A program made the position numbers and the translations under genes. From the NCBI RefSeq assembly GCF_054482525.1, contig NZ_JBTHVG010000003.1: 64,000 nucleotides of DNA; one strand, written 5' to 3'. The stretch comes from a plasmid. Each line of letters starts with the position of its first letter. The first letter of the stretch is position 1. The notes beneath the pieces were generated by a model. It made no database searches and had not been told where the DNA came from. It worked only from the letters and a program-made list of their open reading frames with translations. Positions 39,239 through 49,553 of this stretch are shown here, in pieces.

Positions 39239-40195
39239 TTAATGATGCTGGGTCACGGTAAGTAATCTGATTCCATCAGCGCTTTGCTCGTTCTGTAACC
39301 CATAAAAACGAGCTCTGTCCAGAATGCCAGCCGCCCAGCGGCGATGTGTGGCGGGTTCACACATTGCTCCCTGCGACTTAAACACGGCCTGGGTAGAGTT
39401 CAGGATCCGCAGAGCGTCAGAATGCTCACCCTGAGTGACCATCAGCGCGTTTTGAATGACCTCTATCTGACCCGGGTGAATGGCCGTTTTCCCAACAAGC
39501 CCATGTGCCATATCAAGAGCCAGCTCTCTGGCCATTACGGCATGATCGTCAATATGCTCACATACGGGCGCGGTCAGGGCAAAATCACGCGGGCCGAAGA
39601 CCGAAACGAGCATTTTGATGACGTAGCCCATCGGGCTGTCATACAGCGTCAGGTCCCGGGGACGGCGAAGCGACACAACGTTCATAAGATCGTTGCCGCC
39701 GATTCGAAGCGCAATAATGCGGTCGTGGCAGGGATGTTCCACCAGACGGGTGGCCAGCTCCCGCATCTGAACCACGTCAAAGACGTCTTCTGTTTCCAGC
39801 GTTGGCATCATGCACAGGTGAGTCCCGCCCATGATATCCCACCATTCAGCTAACGAACTGAGGGTAAATTTCGGCAACACAAACCCGTCGACAGCGGAAA
39901 GATCATAATGCGCTTTTAACCATCTGCCCATTTCGGCATGCCGGGGGCGAATGAACACCAGAGGCCAGTCATTTTTACCCAGGCTATGCATGCTGTTACT
40001 GAGCTCGTGCAGCAGGTGCTCCAGATTTTTGAGGGCGACGGGGATGTCTGCTTCACTGACAGCATCCTCCAGGCAAATCACCAGAGAGCGCAAACCCGGG
40101 ATTTTCCCGTGCAGGACGGCATCAGCAATATCTTCCCGTGTTGCAGGCATGTATAGCGTGGCTCCCAGATTCCAGGGAGAAAGACGATTTTTCAT
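39239..40195 (-). CDS. HpcH/HpaI aldolase / citrate lyase beta-like TIM-barrel enzyme
   Basis: Citrate-lyase-beta-like sequence (…LVICLEDAV…) ; its ATG at 40195 overlaps the stop of the upstream PRTase-like gene (ATGA). Confidence 0.65.
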   Translation of the reverse strand: MKNRLSPWNLGATLYMPATREDIADAVLHGKIPGLRSLVICLEDAVSEADIPVALKNLEHLLHELSNSMHSLGKNDWPLVFIRPRHAEMGRWLKAHYDLSAVDGFVLPKFTLSSLAEWWDIMGGTHLCMMPTLETEDVFDVVQMRELATRLVEHPCHDRIIALRIGGNDLMNVVSLRRPRDLTLYDSPMGYVIKMLVSVFGPRDFALTAPVCEHIDDHAVMARELALDMAHGLVGKTAIHPGQIEVIQNALMVTQGEHSDALRILNSTQAVFKSQGAMCEPATHRRWAAGILDRARFYGLQNEQSADGIRLLTVTQHH

Positions 40196-41274
40196 CAAAG
40201 TACCTTCTTGATAATGGTTACAGCCCGATACTGGCCGAGGGTTCCCCCCATTTCTGTAACAACTATTCCCTTTTCACGAGCAAGCCCTACAAGCAAGGCA
40301 ACGTCCGAGTCGTCAATAGAACGCACAAATACATGGTCCGGTACCCGACGTAATACAGCCCGGGTTGCTTCAGCAATACCGGGTTTTATACGATTGACGC
40401 TGTCCACTTTAAATTCATCGGCCAGGAACGCGATAACGTCGCGACTTGTCTGCCATAAGACCCGGGCTGACTCCGTATTCCAGCTCAGGGGAGCGAGGGA
40501 TGACGGGGTTAACTTCTTACGGAAATGAGCGACGGTATCGACAAGCATCCGGCTGCATTCGAATTCACTGAGATGCTCGCAAACCATGCACCCGTGTAAT
40601 CCTTCAGAGGACCACACTGACCGGGAGATCAGGCCTGACACCGGCGCACCCATGATGCCAAAAGGAATGAGCCAGTCATCATCACTGGCTGCAAGCCAGG
40701 AGCAGCCACAGGGATCGGCCAGGACAACCAGTCGCGGCTGCTCAGGATAGCCCGGGCGATCTTTCAGTGCGCGTACAAGCTCTCCGGTAATTGCGCCTTT
40801 ACCTGTCCATCCGTCAACAAAGACAATACCGCTGGTACCATGCCGCTCTTCAATGACGTCGAGGGCTGCACCGTCAATTCCACGATCCCGGATAATGCTG
40901 ATACCGTAATGCCATGAGGTTTTCCCCATGTCACGCAGGGCCTGGTGCAGCATAACGCCGAGCGGCACGCCAGCCCTGACAAGACTGGCCAGTACAATGG
41001 GCTCATCACCAAAGCGTTTGGCCAGAGCAATAGCGAGCTGTGTGACTTCTTTTGCAAGTCTCTCTGCGCCCCGATCCAGCGCCCGGTGAAACAAATCAAG
41101 ATGCCATTGTGTTGGCGCTGGCTCCTGACTGAGCATGTCCGAATAATGTTTCTTCCCTGACTGAATCAGCTCTTCTTTTTGCTCAACCGGCGTCATCTCA
41201 ATGACAACCGGCTTTAGCAGAAATTCCACGTCACCGGGCTGGTATGAGCCGGTAAATGTGTCATGTGGCTGCAT
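40195..41274 (-). CDS. Phosphoribosyltransferase-like protein (ter-associated)
   Basis: PRPP-binding-like segment GIVFVDGWTGKGAITGEL; ATG at 41274 lies 1 nt after the HAD stop. Confidence 0.55.
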   Translation of the reverse strand: MQPHDTFTGSYQPGDVEFLLKPVVIEMTPVEQKEELIQSGKKHYSDMLSQEPAPTQWHLDLFHRALDRGAERLAKEVTQLAIALAKRFGDEPIVLASLVRAGVPLGVMLHQALRDMGKTSWHYGISIIRDRGIDGAALDVIEERHGTSGIVFVDGWTGKGAITGELVRALKDRPGYPEQPRLVVLADPCGCSWLAASDDDWLIPFGIMGAPVSGLISRSVWSSEGLHGCMVCEHLSEFECSRMLVDTVAHFRKKLTPSSLAPLSWNTESARVLWQTSRDVIAFLADEFKVDSVNRIKPGIAEATRAVLRRVPDHVFVRSIDDSDVALLVGLAREKGIVVTEMGGTLGQYRAVTIIKKVL

Positions 41275-41275
41275 T

Positions 41276-42049
41276 TTAATTTTCTCCAAAAATTCGCTGT
41301 GAAATGGCATCTGCAAACTGACTCTGACGCGGGATGCCAAACCAGCTGCACAGTTTCATAAAACGATGATCGCTCAGGCTGTCGCCCAGGCCAATTACGG
41401 GGAAGACTCCGCGTTCAGCCCGAAGTTTTTCAAGCAGCCATCTGACTGCCAGCCCTTTCTCAACCGGGGTGGGAAGCCAGGCCACGTTATTACTGTTGCG
41501 GTGGATGTAGAAGCCCTCGGTCGGAAACACCGTTTCTATCTCATCTGCAATGGCATTAAGCTCGTCAAGGCGGGTGCTGTCGCGGTGCTTCATCACCATA
41601 TAAACCGCCGTTTCACCGTATTCGAAGTTCAGCCTTGCCCAGGCATTGATCCCTTTTGCGTCCATCATTTCAGTGATCAGACGCTGCATCGATGTCAGCT
41701 TTTCCTGGTAGGGAGCCAGCTGGCCAAGCATATGGGCCTTCCACTCCTCGTCGGGTTTGCCTTCAGGCGTGAGAATGACGGCCCCGTGCGTGGTGATTGC
41801 CCAGGAGTGGAAAGGGATCCGGACGCGGCTGATTTCTTCAGTTCCCCGGGCGGTAACAGGTATGAGTTCAGCCTGCTCCAGGAGCCAGTCCACCAACATG
41901 GACTGTTCTTCCGTCATAAAGCTTCGTGGATTCAGGGTGCGATCAACGGCACCGGTACGGAATGGCTCCAGGGCCAGCTCGTCCACCATTTTACGACGGG
42001 TCTGAAAGAGCGTGTCGTCAAGGTCGCTCAGAACAACGGGTTTATTCAT
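41276..42049 (-). CDS. HAD-superfamily hydrolase
   Basis: Motif I VVLSDLDDTLF; start moved to the ATG at 42049 (MNKPVV...), which overlaps the 3' end of the upstream PRTase gene. Confidence 0.8.
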   Translation of the reverse strand: MNKPVVLSDLDDTLFQTRRKMVDELALEPFRTGAVDRTLNPRSFMTEEQSMLVDWLLEQAELIPVTARGTEEISRVRIPFHSWAITTHGAVILTPEGKPDEEWKAHMLGQLAPYQEKLTSMQRLITEMMDAKGINAWARLNFEYGETAVYMVMKHRDSTRLDELNAIADEIETVFPTEGFYIHRNSNNVAWLPTPVEKGLAVRWLLEKLRAERGVFPVIGLGDSLSDHRFMKLCSWFGIPRQSQFADAISQRIFGEN

Positions 42050-43184
42050 AGGTAACAATCTCCACGACGGGCGCAACCTCAGCCAGGGCTTTAAGAAGCT
42101 GCGTGTCAATACTTTCTGCGGGTGTCTCAGTACACACAAGAATACGGTCAAACTGCTGGTGGGCGACGTTATAGACAAAATTGGGGATGCCCAGCCCGTA
42201 GTTATCCGTAAAGGAAATGGCGGACTCAATGGCATAACCAACGGCGATAGGGGAGCGGGTGGTCGAACCATAAAGTGCCTGTGCTCCGGCAGCTTCGAGC
42301 CGTTCAGCAAGCAGGAACGGCTCCCAGACGAATTCCCCGGTCCCGAGAACCAGAATACGTTCCCCCTTGCGGACGGAGACCTCATGGCCGAGATCGGCCG
42401 CAGGTGCGAGCATCCCCAGTCGACCCCAGGACTGTTTTCCCAGGATGTCCCATTCTCCGCGTGAAGTTACGTTGACTTTCGGCATGTCCGGGACAGGTGC
42501 ATCAGGTAATGGGGTCCATCCCCACTGACCGCTTACAAGCGAAACCGAAGTGACGGGCAAGGATGTGCGCTCCGACAGGGCGTTGCTACTCCAGTCGGTA
42601 AGCGTAACGGCGATAACCTGTTCAATATGTTGAAGCTTGCCGGTATTACGCAGGGCAGAAAGCAGGTTAATAAAGGTATTACCGGTGGTTGCCTCGTCAT
42701 CAATCAAAACCAGCGTTCGTGCGTTGGTAACACGACGTCTTTTCTCTTCATCATCTGGCAGATAGATCAGATGATCGGTGGCGTGGCTGTGTTCTTCCTT
42801 GAACTCGCAAAGTAACGTGCCATCAACCGGGTGACGGGTAGAGGTCAGATAGACAGATTCACGATGCTGGTGGCGCACTTCATCAAACACACCGGCCCCT
42901 AGCCCAACGGCGGTTTCAGCCATACCGATAAAAAGTACGGGCCCTGTCAGCGTTGCGGGGAACTGGCTGGCAAGCTGTCTGTAGGCCTGCCGCATGACTG
43001 AGGGTGGCACGGGAATGTGCCTGCCGAGTACTTTGCTGACAAACAGAAAGGCGCGTTTCGGGTTACGTCTTTCAGCGATATCAAACAGGTCATCGAGCGA
43101 AACATCACCCTGGTCGCGGGTTACCTGTATCGTACCGCATGAGAGGGTACGGCGATAAATCATATCTTCGAGGGTATCAGACAT
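42042..43184 (-). CDS. Phosphoribosyltransferase (PRTase)
   Basis: Canonical PRPP-binding motif TLVLIDDEATTGNT; ATG at 43184 lies 9 nt after the ATP-grasp stop. Confidence 0.8.
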   Translation of the reverse strand: MSDTLEDMIYRRTLSCGTIQVTRDQGDVSLDDLFDIAERRNPKRAFLFVSKVLGRHIPVPPSVMRQAYRQLASQFPATLTGPVLFIGMAETAVGLGAGVFDEVRHQHRESVYLTSTRHPVDGTLLCEFKEEHSHATDHLIYLPDDEEKRRRVTNARTLVLIDDEATTGNTFINLLSALRNTGKLQHIEQVIAVTLTDWSSNALSERTSLPVTSVSLVSGQWGWTPLPDAPVPDMPKVNVTSRGEWDILGKQSWGRLGMLAPAADLGHEVSVRKGERILVLGTGEFVWEPFLLAERLEAAGAQALYGSTTRSPIAVGYAIESAISFTDNYGLGIPNFVYNVAHQQFDRILVCTETPAESIDTQLLKALAEVAPVVEIVTYE

Positions 43185-43193
43185 AAACACGCC

Positions 43194-44252
43194 TTAATTC
43201 AGATGGTTAGAGAGTGATTCCGGGTAAACGATGACATCTGTGATGGATCTCACTGCAACCGGAGAAAAGGTATTTCTGGCGCTCTGGATCACCGCATCTT
43301 CAGACATCAGACCGAGCTTAAAGGCAGCAAACAACCCGGGAAGGTTCACCCCGCTGTGAAGGGTATAACCCACCCCGCCTGACGGACGCATGTTGGTTTC
43401 AAGCAGCACCGGGTTGCCATTCACATCGTTTCGCGTCTGAACATTCACCAGCCCGTCGGCCTTCATAACCCGGGCGCAGTCACAAGCCAGTTCCCAGGCG
43501 CTTCCTTCGTTTACCAGATACTGGATAGCCCCTTCCTTACGGCGTCCCACGGCTGCGAGTATTTCGCCCTTATCCGCGAGGATATCGACGGAAAATTCCG
43601 GGCCTGGCAGGTACGGCATCAAAACAAGGGGTTTAAACGACTCAGAAGCCGATGCTGCTGCAATATACTGTTGCGGACTGACCAGACGATGTTCGGGATG
43701 ATTAAAGACGGCCATGGGCGAAGCACTGTCATCAAAGCGCCAGAATCCCATGCCATAGATACCCGTCACCGGCTTCACGCATACCGGGCTGTCCGAGAAC
43801 GGCGGGGCCGCGAGGTGCGTCTTTAATTCTGCCAGCGTATTCACCCGCCAGGACGGTACGACCGGGAGCCCGTTTTGCTCCATAAACTGAGCAAAAGTAA
43901 CTTTTTCGTCAGCCAGAGTTAACCAGTCGACGCCTGTTGCACCGGTAGTAAGGGTGGCTCCGGTCGATTCAATGGCTGAACGGTGTTCTTCAAACCACTG
44001 GCTGTTACGGCCAGTATGAATATGGTGGATGCCGTAGGTCTGAATGGTTTCCTGAATAAACTGAAGACGTTTTTGAGGATCTTCAGGTTCAGTCAAAGAA
44101 TAATCGGCAACGGAAAGAATTTCATGTCTTTCGTTACGGTGGGAGGCAAATACGGTAATAGCAAAATTATTTTTTTGTGCAAATGATTTTACCCCCTGAA
44201 TAATATCTCGCTGGGAGGACAAACCTTCCATAAACCAAATTTTCTTGTTCAT
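43194..44252 (-). CDS. ATP-grasp enzyme
   Basis: ATP-grasp-like core with Gly-rich and acidic segments (…VLLETNMRPSGG…); first gene of the operon, divergent from terZ. Confidence 0.7.
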   Translation of the reverse strand: MNKKIWFMEGLSSQRDIIQGVKSFAQKNNFAITVFASHRNERHEILSVADYSLTEPEDPQKRLQFIQETIQTYGIHHIHTGRNSQWFEEHRSAIESTGATLTTGATGVDWLTLADEKVTFAQFMEQNGLPVVPSWRVNTLAELKTHLAAPPFSDSPVCVKPVTGIYGMGFWRFDDSASPMAVFNHPEHRLVSPQQYIAAASASESFKPLVLMPYLPGPEFSVDILADKGEILAAVGRRKEGAIQYLVNEGSAWELACDCARVMKADGLVNVQTRNDVNGNPVLLETNMRPSGGVGYTLHSGVNLPGLFAAFKLGLMSEDAVIQSARNTFSPVAVRSITDVIVYPESLSNHLN

Positions 44253-44575
44253 TTTTTTTAATTATCCGGAACGCCATGCAAATTTATGATTGAGAAGTGA
44301 GTCTATGAGTGTCTACGCTACATGTCAATCATAATATGATTAATAACTTCAGTGGTTATGGAGTGCGTCAGTGTTTTTTTTAGTGCCTTATAACGTATTG
44401 ATATTTAAATTAAAAATAGAAAAATGAACACCATGAAAAGGATTTATTTTTGTGTTTTTGAAGAAAACTACCAAAATTTCCCTTGTCAGAGAACTTCATC
44501 ATGATATGATTTTCTTCGTCAGTTACTAAATATACCTTTGATTGTCTCGGTCATTACCATTTTAAGGAATAAAAC

Positions 44576-45157
44576 ATGGTTTCATTAAGTAAGAACCAGA
44601 CGGTATCACTCAGCAAAGAATCTTCAGCATTAAGCCAGCTTCAATTCGGTCTCGGTTGGGATCCGGTTAAGAAAAAAGGTCTTCTTGGAGGATTGTTTGG
44701 AGGCAACGACTCAATCGATCTCGATGCTGGCTGCGTATTAATGGACAGCACCGGTAAAACAATTGACACCATCTGGTTCCGCAAACTGGAATCCACCTGC
44801 GGCGCTGTTGTGCACAGTGGCGATAACCTGACCGGTGAGGGTGACGGTGACGATGAGGTGATTAAGGTCAACCTCTCCCGACTGCCTGCAAACGTTGAAT
44901 ACCTGGCGTTTACGGTAAACAGCTTCCGTGGTCAGTCGTTCAATGACGTCGAAAACGCGTTCTGCCGCGTTGTCGATCAAACCGGCAAAGAGCTGGCTCG
45001 CTACAAGCTGACTGAGCAGGGCTCACATACCGGGATCGTTATTTCTTCGCTGCGCCGTAATAACGGCAACTGGGACTTTACCGCCCTTGGCCATGCCTGT
45101 CGCGGCCGCACAATTGACGATATGCACTCCGATATCGTTTCAGCGGTTATTCGCTAA
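44576..45157 (+). CDS. terZ: Tellurium resistance protein TerZ
   Basis: TerD domain ([13 protein letters not shown]), 193 aa, first gene of the Z-A-B-C-D-E order. Confidence 0.9.
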   Translation: MVSLSKNQTVSLSKESSALSQLQFGLGWDPVKKKGLLGGLFGGNDSIDLDAGCVLMDSTGKTIDTIWFRKLESTCGAVVHSGDNLTGEGDGDDEVIKVNLSRLPANVEYLAFTVNSFRGQSFNDVENAFCRVVDQTGKELARYKLTEQGSHTGIVISSLRRNNGNWDFTALGHACRGRTIDDMHSDIVSAVIR

Positions 45158-46314
45158 TGAACCTGACGCCGGGGGGCAATGCCCCCGTTCCAGCCCAGGA
45201 GTTGCGGGTCCGGATCACCTCGGGCGGCCAGGTGGATGCTTCGGCGTTTCGCCTGTATGCCGACGGGAAGGTGCAGGGTGATGCGGACATGGTGTTTTAT
45301 GGTCAGCCACGTAACGATGATGGTACCGTCAGCCTGGTCAGTGAAGGCCAGTACTCAACCTTTACTGTCGCGCTCAACCGGCTGAAACCTGATGTCCAGA
45401 AAATTGCGTTCACCGTGACCTGTGACGGTGGGCAGACGGTGTCCGGTCTTCGTAATCTTTCCATCGACGTGGAGCAAGGGGCTACCGGCCTGGTTAGCGG
45501 CAGTGTCGAACTGAGCGGCCGTCAGGAAGCAGCCTTAATTCTGGGTGAATTTTACCGTCGTAATAATGACTGGAAATTCCGCTTCGTTGCGCAGGGGTTC
45601 AACGGTGGACTTAAACCGCTGGCAGAGCATTTCGGCGTAAATATTGCCGACGAACCGGCTCCCGCAGCCCCGACTCCTCCGGTTGTAACCCCTCCGCCAG
45701 TTGAGACAAAAATCAGCCTGAGCAAGGTATCGCTGACAAAAGAGAAGCCTGCAATCAGCCTGACCAAACGGGATAACTTCGGTGAAATCCGGATCAACCT
45801 GAACTGGCACCGGGGCAGCGGCAAATCAGGCTTTGCAGGCATGTTCGGCTCCAAAGGAATCGACCTGGATCTGGGGGCCTTTGTTGAGCTTCAGGACGGG
45901 TATAAATCGGTCATTCAGGCGCTCGGTAATGCATTCGGTAATTATCGCGATGAACCGTATGTTCAGCTCAAGGGCGATGACCGGACGGGTGATGTATCAG
46001 ACGGCGAGTGGCTGCATATCAATGGACGTGAATGGAAGCATATCCGCGAAGTGCTGATTTACGCCTTTATTTATGAAGGTGTTCCCAGCTGGGACAAGAC
46101 TGATGGTGTGGTCACCATTCATGTGCCGGATCAACCGCCCATTGAGACCCGCCTGACCGAAGGTGAAAACCGTCGCACATTGTGCGCCATTGCCAGACTC
46201 GTAAACGAAAACGGCGCAATTAAAGTCGAGCGAATTAACCAGTACTTCAAAGGCCAGGACGAAATGGACCGGGCATTTGGCTGGGGATTTCGCTGGAGCG
46301 CCGGTTCTAAATAA
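45157..46314 (+). CDS. terA: Tellurium resistance protein TerA
   Basis: 385 aa with two TerD-like domains; its start overlaps the terZ stop (TAATG). Confidence 0.9.
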   Translation: MNLTPGGNAPVPAQELRVRITSGGQVDASAFRLYADGKVQGDADMVFYGQPRNDDGTVSLVSEGQYSTFTVALNRLKPDVQKIAFTVTCDGGQTVSGLRNLSIDVEQGATGLVSGSVELSGRQEAALILGEFYRRNNDWKFRFVAQGFNGGLKPLAEHFGVNIADEPAPAAPTPPVVTPPPVETKISLSKVSLTKEKPAISLTKRDNFGEIRINLNWHRGSGKSGFAGMFGSKGIDLDLGAFVELQDGYKSVIQALGNAFGNYRDEPYVQLKGDDRTGDVSDGEWLHINGREWKHIREVLIYAFIYEGVPSWDKTDGVVTIHVPDQPPIETRLTEGENRRTLCAIARLVNENGAIKVERINQYFKGQDEMDRAFGWGFRWSAGSK

Positions 46315-46336
46315 CACAGCAACAAAGGAAACAGGT

Positions 46337-46792
46337 ATGAGCTTTTTCGACAAGGTAAAAGGTGCCATTAACTCTGGCCGGGACGAACTGACCCGCCAGG
46401 TTGGTCGTTTCAAAAACAAAAAATTTATGCACGGCACCGTTGCTGTATGTGCCCGTATTGCCGTATCGAGTGACGGCGTGAGTTCGGAAGAAAAGCAGAA
46501 AATGATGGGCTTTCTTCGCTCTTCAGAAGAGCTGAAGGTCTTCGATACCAATGAGGTGATCGAGTTCTTCAATAAACTGGTTTCAAGCTTCGATTTCGAT
46601 GTTGAAATCGGCAAGGGCGAAACCATGAAATACATCCTGGCGCTGAAAGATCAGCCTGAGGCCGCTCAGCTGGCCTTACGTGTTGGTATTGCCGTTGCGA
46701 AAAGTGACGGTAACTTCGATCAGGACGAGAAACTGGCCTCCCGCGAGATCGCTATCGCGTTGGGCTTCGACCCGGCTGAATTTGGCCTCTGA
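46337..46792 (+). CDS. terB: Tellurium resistance protein TerB
   Basis: 151 aa beginning MSFFDKVKGAINSGRDELTRQ; start moved to the internal ATG with an AGGAAACAGG RBS. Confidence 0.9.
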   Translation: MSFFDKVKGAINSGRDELTRQVGRFKNKKFMHGTVAVCARIAVSSDGVSSEEKQKMMGFLRSSEELKVFDTNEVIEFFNKLVSSFDFDVEIGKGETMKYILALKDQPEAAQLALRVGIAVAKSDGNFDQDEKLASREIAIALGFDPAEFGL

Positions 46793-46814
46793 TCCACATC
46801 CCTAAGGGTAAAAT

Positions 46815-47855
46815 ATGGTTTCCACACACATCGGCTTCCCGACTGAAACGGTCATTGTTTTCATTGCGCTTTCAGTCGGTGCCATCTTTATTGACCTGTT
46901 TATGCACCGTGATGACAAGCCCATTTCCCTGAAGAGTGCGGCGCTCTGGTCCGTATTCTGGGTTGTGGTTGCGATGGCATTTGCCGGTTTCCTCTACATC
47001 CACCACGGTGCTGAGGTTGCCAGCCTGTTTGTAACGGGTTATGCGCTGGAGAAAGTGCTGTCGGTCGACAACCTGTTTGTCATGATGGCCATCTTCTCCT
47101 GGTTCGCCGTTCCTGATCGTTACCGCCACCGTGTTCTCTACTGGGGGATCATTGGTGCCATCGTCTTCAGGGGCATCTTTGTCGCCATCGGTACGAGCCT
47201 GCTGAGTCTGGGGCCGTATGTTGAAGTTGTCTTCGCTATCATCGTCGCCTGGACGGCGGTCATGATGCTTAAAAGCGGTGATGACGATGATGAAATTGAG
47301 GATTATTCCCAGCATCTGGCTTACCGCATGGTTAAACGCTTCTTCCCTATCTGGCCGAAGCTCAGAGGTCATGCTTTCCTGCTTAACCAGAAGGAAGTGG
47401 ATGCCGAACTGGCGAAACCAGAAAACAGCGATGTCACCATTGGCCGTGGTAAAAAGGCGGCGCTGTATGCGACCCCTCTGTTCCTGTGTGTGGCCGTGGT
47501 TGAACTCTCGGATGTTATGTTTGCGTTTGACTCGGTACCGGCAATCATTGCCGTCAGTCGTGAACCGCTTATCGTCTATAGTGCCATGATGTTTGCTATC
47601 CTGGGCCTGCGTACTCTGTACTTTGTCCTTGAAGCACTGAAACAGTACCTGGTTCATCTGGAGAAGGCCGTTATCGTGCTGCTGTTCTTCATCGCGGCAA
47701 AACTGGGCCTGAATGCGACCGATCACATTTGGCATCATGGTTACAGCATCGCGGCGACAACCAGCCTGTATGTTGTACTGGGTGTTTTGGCGCTGGGCAT
47801 TCTCGCAAGCGTCATGTTCCCGGGCAAACCTGAATCTGAGGAAAAGGGGAGCTGA
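46815..47855 (+). CDS. terC: Tellurium resistance membrane protein TerC
   Basis: 346 aa, multiple TM helices, acidic loop DDDDEIED. Confidence 0.9.
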   Translation: MVSTHIGFPTETVIVFIALSVGAIFIDLFMHRDDKPISLKSAALWSVFWVVVAMAFAGFLYIHHGAEVASLFVTGYALEKVLSVDNLFVMMAIFSWFAVPDRYRHRVLYWGIIGAIVFRGIFVAIGTSLLSLGPYVEVVFAIIVAWTAVMMLKSGDDDDEIEDYSQHLAYRMVKRFFPIWPKLRGHAFLLNQKEVDAELAKPENSDVTIGRGKKAALYATPLFLCVAVVELSDVMFAFDSVPAIIAVSREPLIVYSAMMFAILGLRTLYFVLEALKQYLVHLEKAVIVLLFFIAAKLGLNATDHIWHHGYSIAATTSLYVVLGVLALGILASVMFPGKPESEEKGS

Positions 47856-47903
47856 TCCCCTGAAGTGTTAACCTGAACAATTACTAATCGAAGAGGTTAT
47901 TTT

Positions 47904-48482
47904 ATGAGTGTTTCTCTTTCCAAAGGCGGGAACGTCTCCCTGAGTAAAGCAGCTCCGTCAATGAAAAACGTCCTGGTGGGCCTTGGCTGGGATGCGCGTT
48001 CAACAGACGGTCAGGACTTTGACCTGGATGCTTCAGCATTCCTGCTGGCCGCAAATGGCAAAGTGCGCGGCGATTCAGATTTCATCTTCTATAACAACCT
48101 GACGTCATCTGACGGTTCCGTAACCCATACCGGTGATAACCGTACCGGTGAAGGTGATGGTGATGATGAATCGCTGAAAATTAAACTGGACGCCGTCCCG
48201 TCTGATGTTGACAAGATCATCTTCGTTGTCACTATCCATGATGCTCAGGCTCGTCGCCAGAGCTTTGGTCAGGTATCCGGTGCGTTTATTCGCCTGGTCA
48301 ATGACGATAACCAGACTGAAGTCGCTCGCTACGATCTGACCGAAGATGCGTCCACTGAGACTGCCATGCTGTTCGGCGAGCTGTATCGCCACAATGGTGA
48401 GTGGAAATTCCGCGCAGTGGGCCAGGGTTATGCTGGTGGTCTGGCATCTGTATGTGCTCAGTACGGCATTAACGCGTCCTGA
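47904..48482 (+). CDS. terD: Tellurium resistance protein TerD
   Basis: 192 aa, [15 protein letters not shown]...[13 protein letters not shown]. Confidence 0.9.
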   Translation: MSVSLSKGGNVSLSKAAPSMKNVLVGLGWDARSTDGQDFDLDASAFLLAANGKVRGDSDFIFYNNLTSSDGSVTHTGDNRTGEGDGDDESLKIKLDAVPSDVDKIIFVVTIHDAQARRQSFGQVSGAFIRLVNDDNQTEVARYDLTEDASTETAMLFGELYRHNGEWKFRAVGQGYAGGLASVCAQYGINAS

Positions 48483-48549
48483 TCGAAAAGTAACTTTTCA
48501 CCCGGGGCTGTTAATGCAGCCCTCATTCAACTGTTTGCAGGAGCTAAAA

Positions 48550-49125
48550 ATGGCAGTTTCTCTCGTAAAAGGCGGCAACGTATCTCTGACCAAAGAAGCA
48601 CCAACCATGAATATCGCTATGGTTGGCCTCGGCTGGGATGCCCGTGTAACTGACGGTCAGGCTTTTGACCTGGACGCTTCCGTGTTCGCAGTAGGCGAAG
48701 ACGGTAAAGTGCTGTCAGATGCGCATTTCATTTTCTTCAATAACAAAACCAGCCCTGATGGCGCGGTAGAGCACCAGGGCGACAACCGTACCGGTGAAGG
48801 CGACGGTGACGATGAGCAGGTCAAAATCGATCTGACCAAAGTCTCAGCAGATATCAAAAAACTGGTGTTTGCCGTTACCATCTATGATGCAGAAGCGCGT
48901 AAACAAAACTTCGGCATGGTGAGCAACAGCTTCATGCGCGTTTACAACAACGACAACGGCACGGAAATTGCCCGTTTCGATCTGTCTGAAGATGCCTCAA
49001 CCGAAACCGCTATGGTCTTCGGTGAACTGTATCGTCATGGCGCTGAGTGGAAGTTTAAAGCTGTCGGTCAGGGCTTTGCCGGTGGCCTGGCGGCTCTTGC
49101 CTCCCAGCACGGCGTTAACATCTAA
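48550..49125 (+). CDS. terE: Tellurium resistance protein TerE
   Basis: 191 aa, [15 protein letters not shown]...[13 protein letters not shown]; start moved to the internal ATG at 48550. Confidence 0.9.
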   Translation: MAVSLVKGGNVSLTKEAPTMNIAMVGLGWDARVTDGQAFDLDASVFAVGEDGKVLSDAHFIFFNNKTSPDGAVEHQGDNRTGEGDGDDEQVKIDLTKVSADIKKLVFAVTIYDAEARKQNFGMVSNSFMRVYNNDNGTEIARFDLSEDASTETAMVFGELYRHGAEWKFKAVGQGFAGGLAALASQHGVNI

Positions 49126-49142
49126 AACAACGCTGAATCATA

Positions 49143-49167
49143 CCCCGGCAATGCCGGGGTTTTTTTT
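49143..49167 (+). terminator. Rho-independent terminator after terE
   Basis: CCCCGGC-AAT-GCCGGGG followed by T8. Confidence 0.8.
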
Positions 49168-49553
49168 GGTTGCGATCCGCTTTCAGGAGGGAGTAGTAGA
49201 AAGGGGACTGGAAATTTCAGAAAGCAGGTCATGTTAATTCAGACCTGAGCCTTTTAAAGGCAGGAAACGGATTTATCTCTGGTTGCTGGTTAAAGCCGGT
49301 ATTCCGTGCCTTTTATCAACAGAATGCCCCTCTGATATATGTTACTTTTGCGGTTTATGAAGGAACGGGATCTGGAACATAAGATACCCGGTCAATCAAA
49401 ATTCCAGTTCAACAGGTATAGAAACTTCAGCGTGATGAAATATGGTGTCACACCATATATACGCCTCACCAGAAATCCAGCGTCCTGAACTAAGCCTGGG
49501 GAACATATATAAGCGCTGCGCTTTAAAAATAATCAAAAATCAGGAGAGTTAAT

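Noticed and set aside
39344-39853. 169-aa plus-strand ORF
   Set aside because: Antisense to the CitE/HpcH-like gene.
41366-42055. 229-aa plus-strand ORF
   Set aside because: Antisense to the HAD hydrolase gene in the tightly packed minus-strand operon.
45997-46635. 212-aa minus-strand ORF
   Set aside because: Antisense to terA and terB; no RBS and a low-complexity translation.
46872-47738. 288-aa minus-strand ORF
   Set aside because: It is entirely antisense to terC, which has a confident membrane-protein translation; a shadow ORF in GC-rich sequence.
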